This document shows, in pieces, positions 6,661 through 6,845 of a stretch of 6,845 nucleotides of DNA (the stretch's first letter is position 1; every line of letters begins with the position of its first letter). A program made the translations under genes and the position numbers. The notes below the pieces were generated by a model. That model saw only the letters and a program-made list of their open reading frames with translations, made no database searches and had not been told where the DNA came from. This stretch comes from a virus. The stretch lies in UHGV virus genome UHGV-0274194; one strand, written 5' to 3'.

Positions 6661-6728
6661 TGGCGGAAGATCACAGGAGTCGAACCTGCCCGGGACCGCT
6701 GGCGGCCCCAACTGGATTTGAAGTCCAG
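6661..6728 (-). tRNA. selC: Truncated tRNA-Sec (selC): the 3' 68 nt only (anticodon arm with UCA, long variable arm, T arm, 3' acceptor strand with GCCA); the 5' acceptor strand and D arm are missing
   Basis: The reverse complement CTGGACTTCAAATCCAGTTGGGGCCGCCAGCGGTCCCGGGCAGGTTCGACTCCTGTGATCTTCCGCCA matches the 3' portion of E. coli selC as recalled. The TCA anticodon and long extra arm are visible. The match stops abruptly at 6728. Confidence 0.8.
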
Positions 6729-6845
6729 AACGATGGACAAGGCCTGTCATTACTCATCAATCCAGACGGCTCAAAGGGCTGGCGCTTCCGCTTTCGTTTT
6801 GCCGGTAAAGCACGGCTAATGTCATTTGGCAGCTACAACCTTGTG
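6729..6845 (+). repeat. Perfect inverted duplicate of int codons 21-59 (partner arm 6323..6439), fused to the truncated selC and running off the window; possibly the 5'-truncated start of a second, oppositely oriented integrase
   Basis: Manual base-by-base reverse-complement comparison of 6323-6439 with 6729-6845 gives 117/117 identity. It translates on the plus strand as [39 protein letters not shown], with no in-frame start codon upstream. Confidence 0.9.

Larger units (their letters stand above)
1..6728. mobile_element. Integrase-proximal portion of a P4-family (phiR73-like) satellite prophage at selC; left boundary lies outside the window
   Basis: Gene content and order (AlpA-like regulator, Sid, Ogr/Delta zinc finger, Psu, cargo, P4-type tyrosine integrase, tRNA fragment) match the canonical P4-like layout. 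The GC-rich core and AT-rich cargo are visible directly. Confidence 0.8.

Noticed and set aside
6661-6728. Intact functional selC tRNA gene
   Set aside because: Only the 3' 68 nt match tRNA-Sec. The 5' acceptor strand and D arm are replaced by the inverted integrase fragment, so this copy cannot fold into a functional tRNA.
6490-6750. 86-aa minus-strand ORF spanning the int upstream region and the tRNA fragment
   Set aside because: Overlaps the tRNA-Sec fragment and the regulatory palindrome. It is a by-product of reading through the tRNA and repeat sequence.

Overview
This window reads as the integrase-proximal end of a P4-family satellite prophage (phiR73-like) at the selenocysteine tRNA gene selC. 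All calls rest on reading the sequence and on recalled family features; no database search or alignment was run. Left to right: three translationally coupled minus-strand genes (a gene start running off the window, a 75-aa ORF and a 64-aa ORF), then an AlpA-family regulator, a cluster of GTGAACAGT iteron-like repeats, a TGT-N12-ACA Ogr/Delta-type site and the late operon sid-delta-psu on the plus strand. Between psu and the integrase lies a strongly AT-rich cargo segment (about 3380-5330, roughly 25-45% GC against about 55% in the core genes). It holds two convergent genes: a 212-aa protein with an RNxxxHxY HEPN-type motif, and a 341-aa ParA/MinD-like deviant Walker-A ATPase ending 22 bp downstream of the integrase stop. 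This psu-int position is the known defence hotspot of P4-like satellites, and I cannot assign the pair to any named system, so it is the best candidate for something undescribed. At the right end, only the 3' 68 nt of tRNA-Sec are present, fused at 6728/6729 to a perfect inverted copy (at least 117 bp, running off the window) of the integrase 5' coding region. That junction is either a rearrangement or an assembly artefact.
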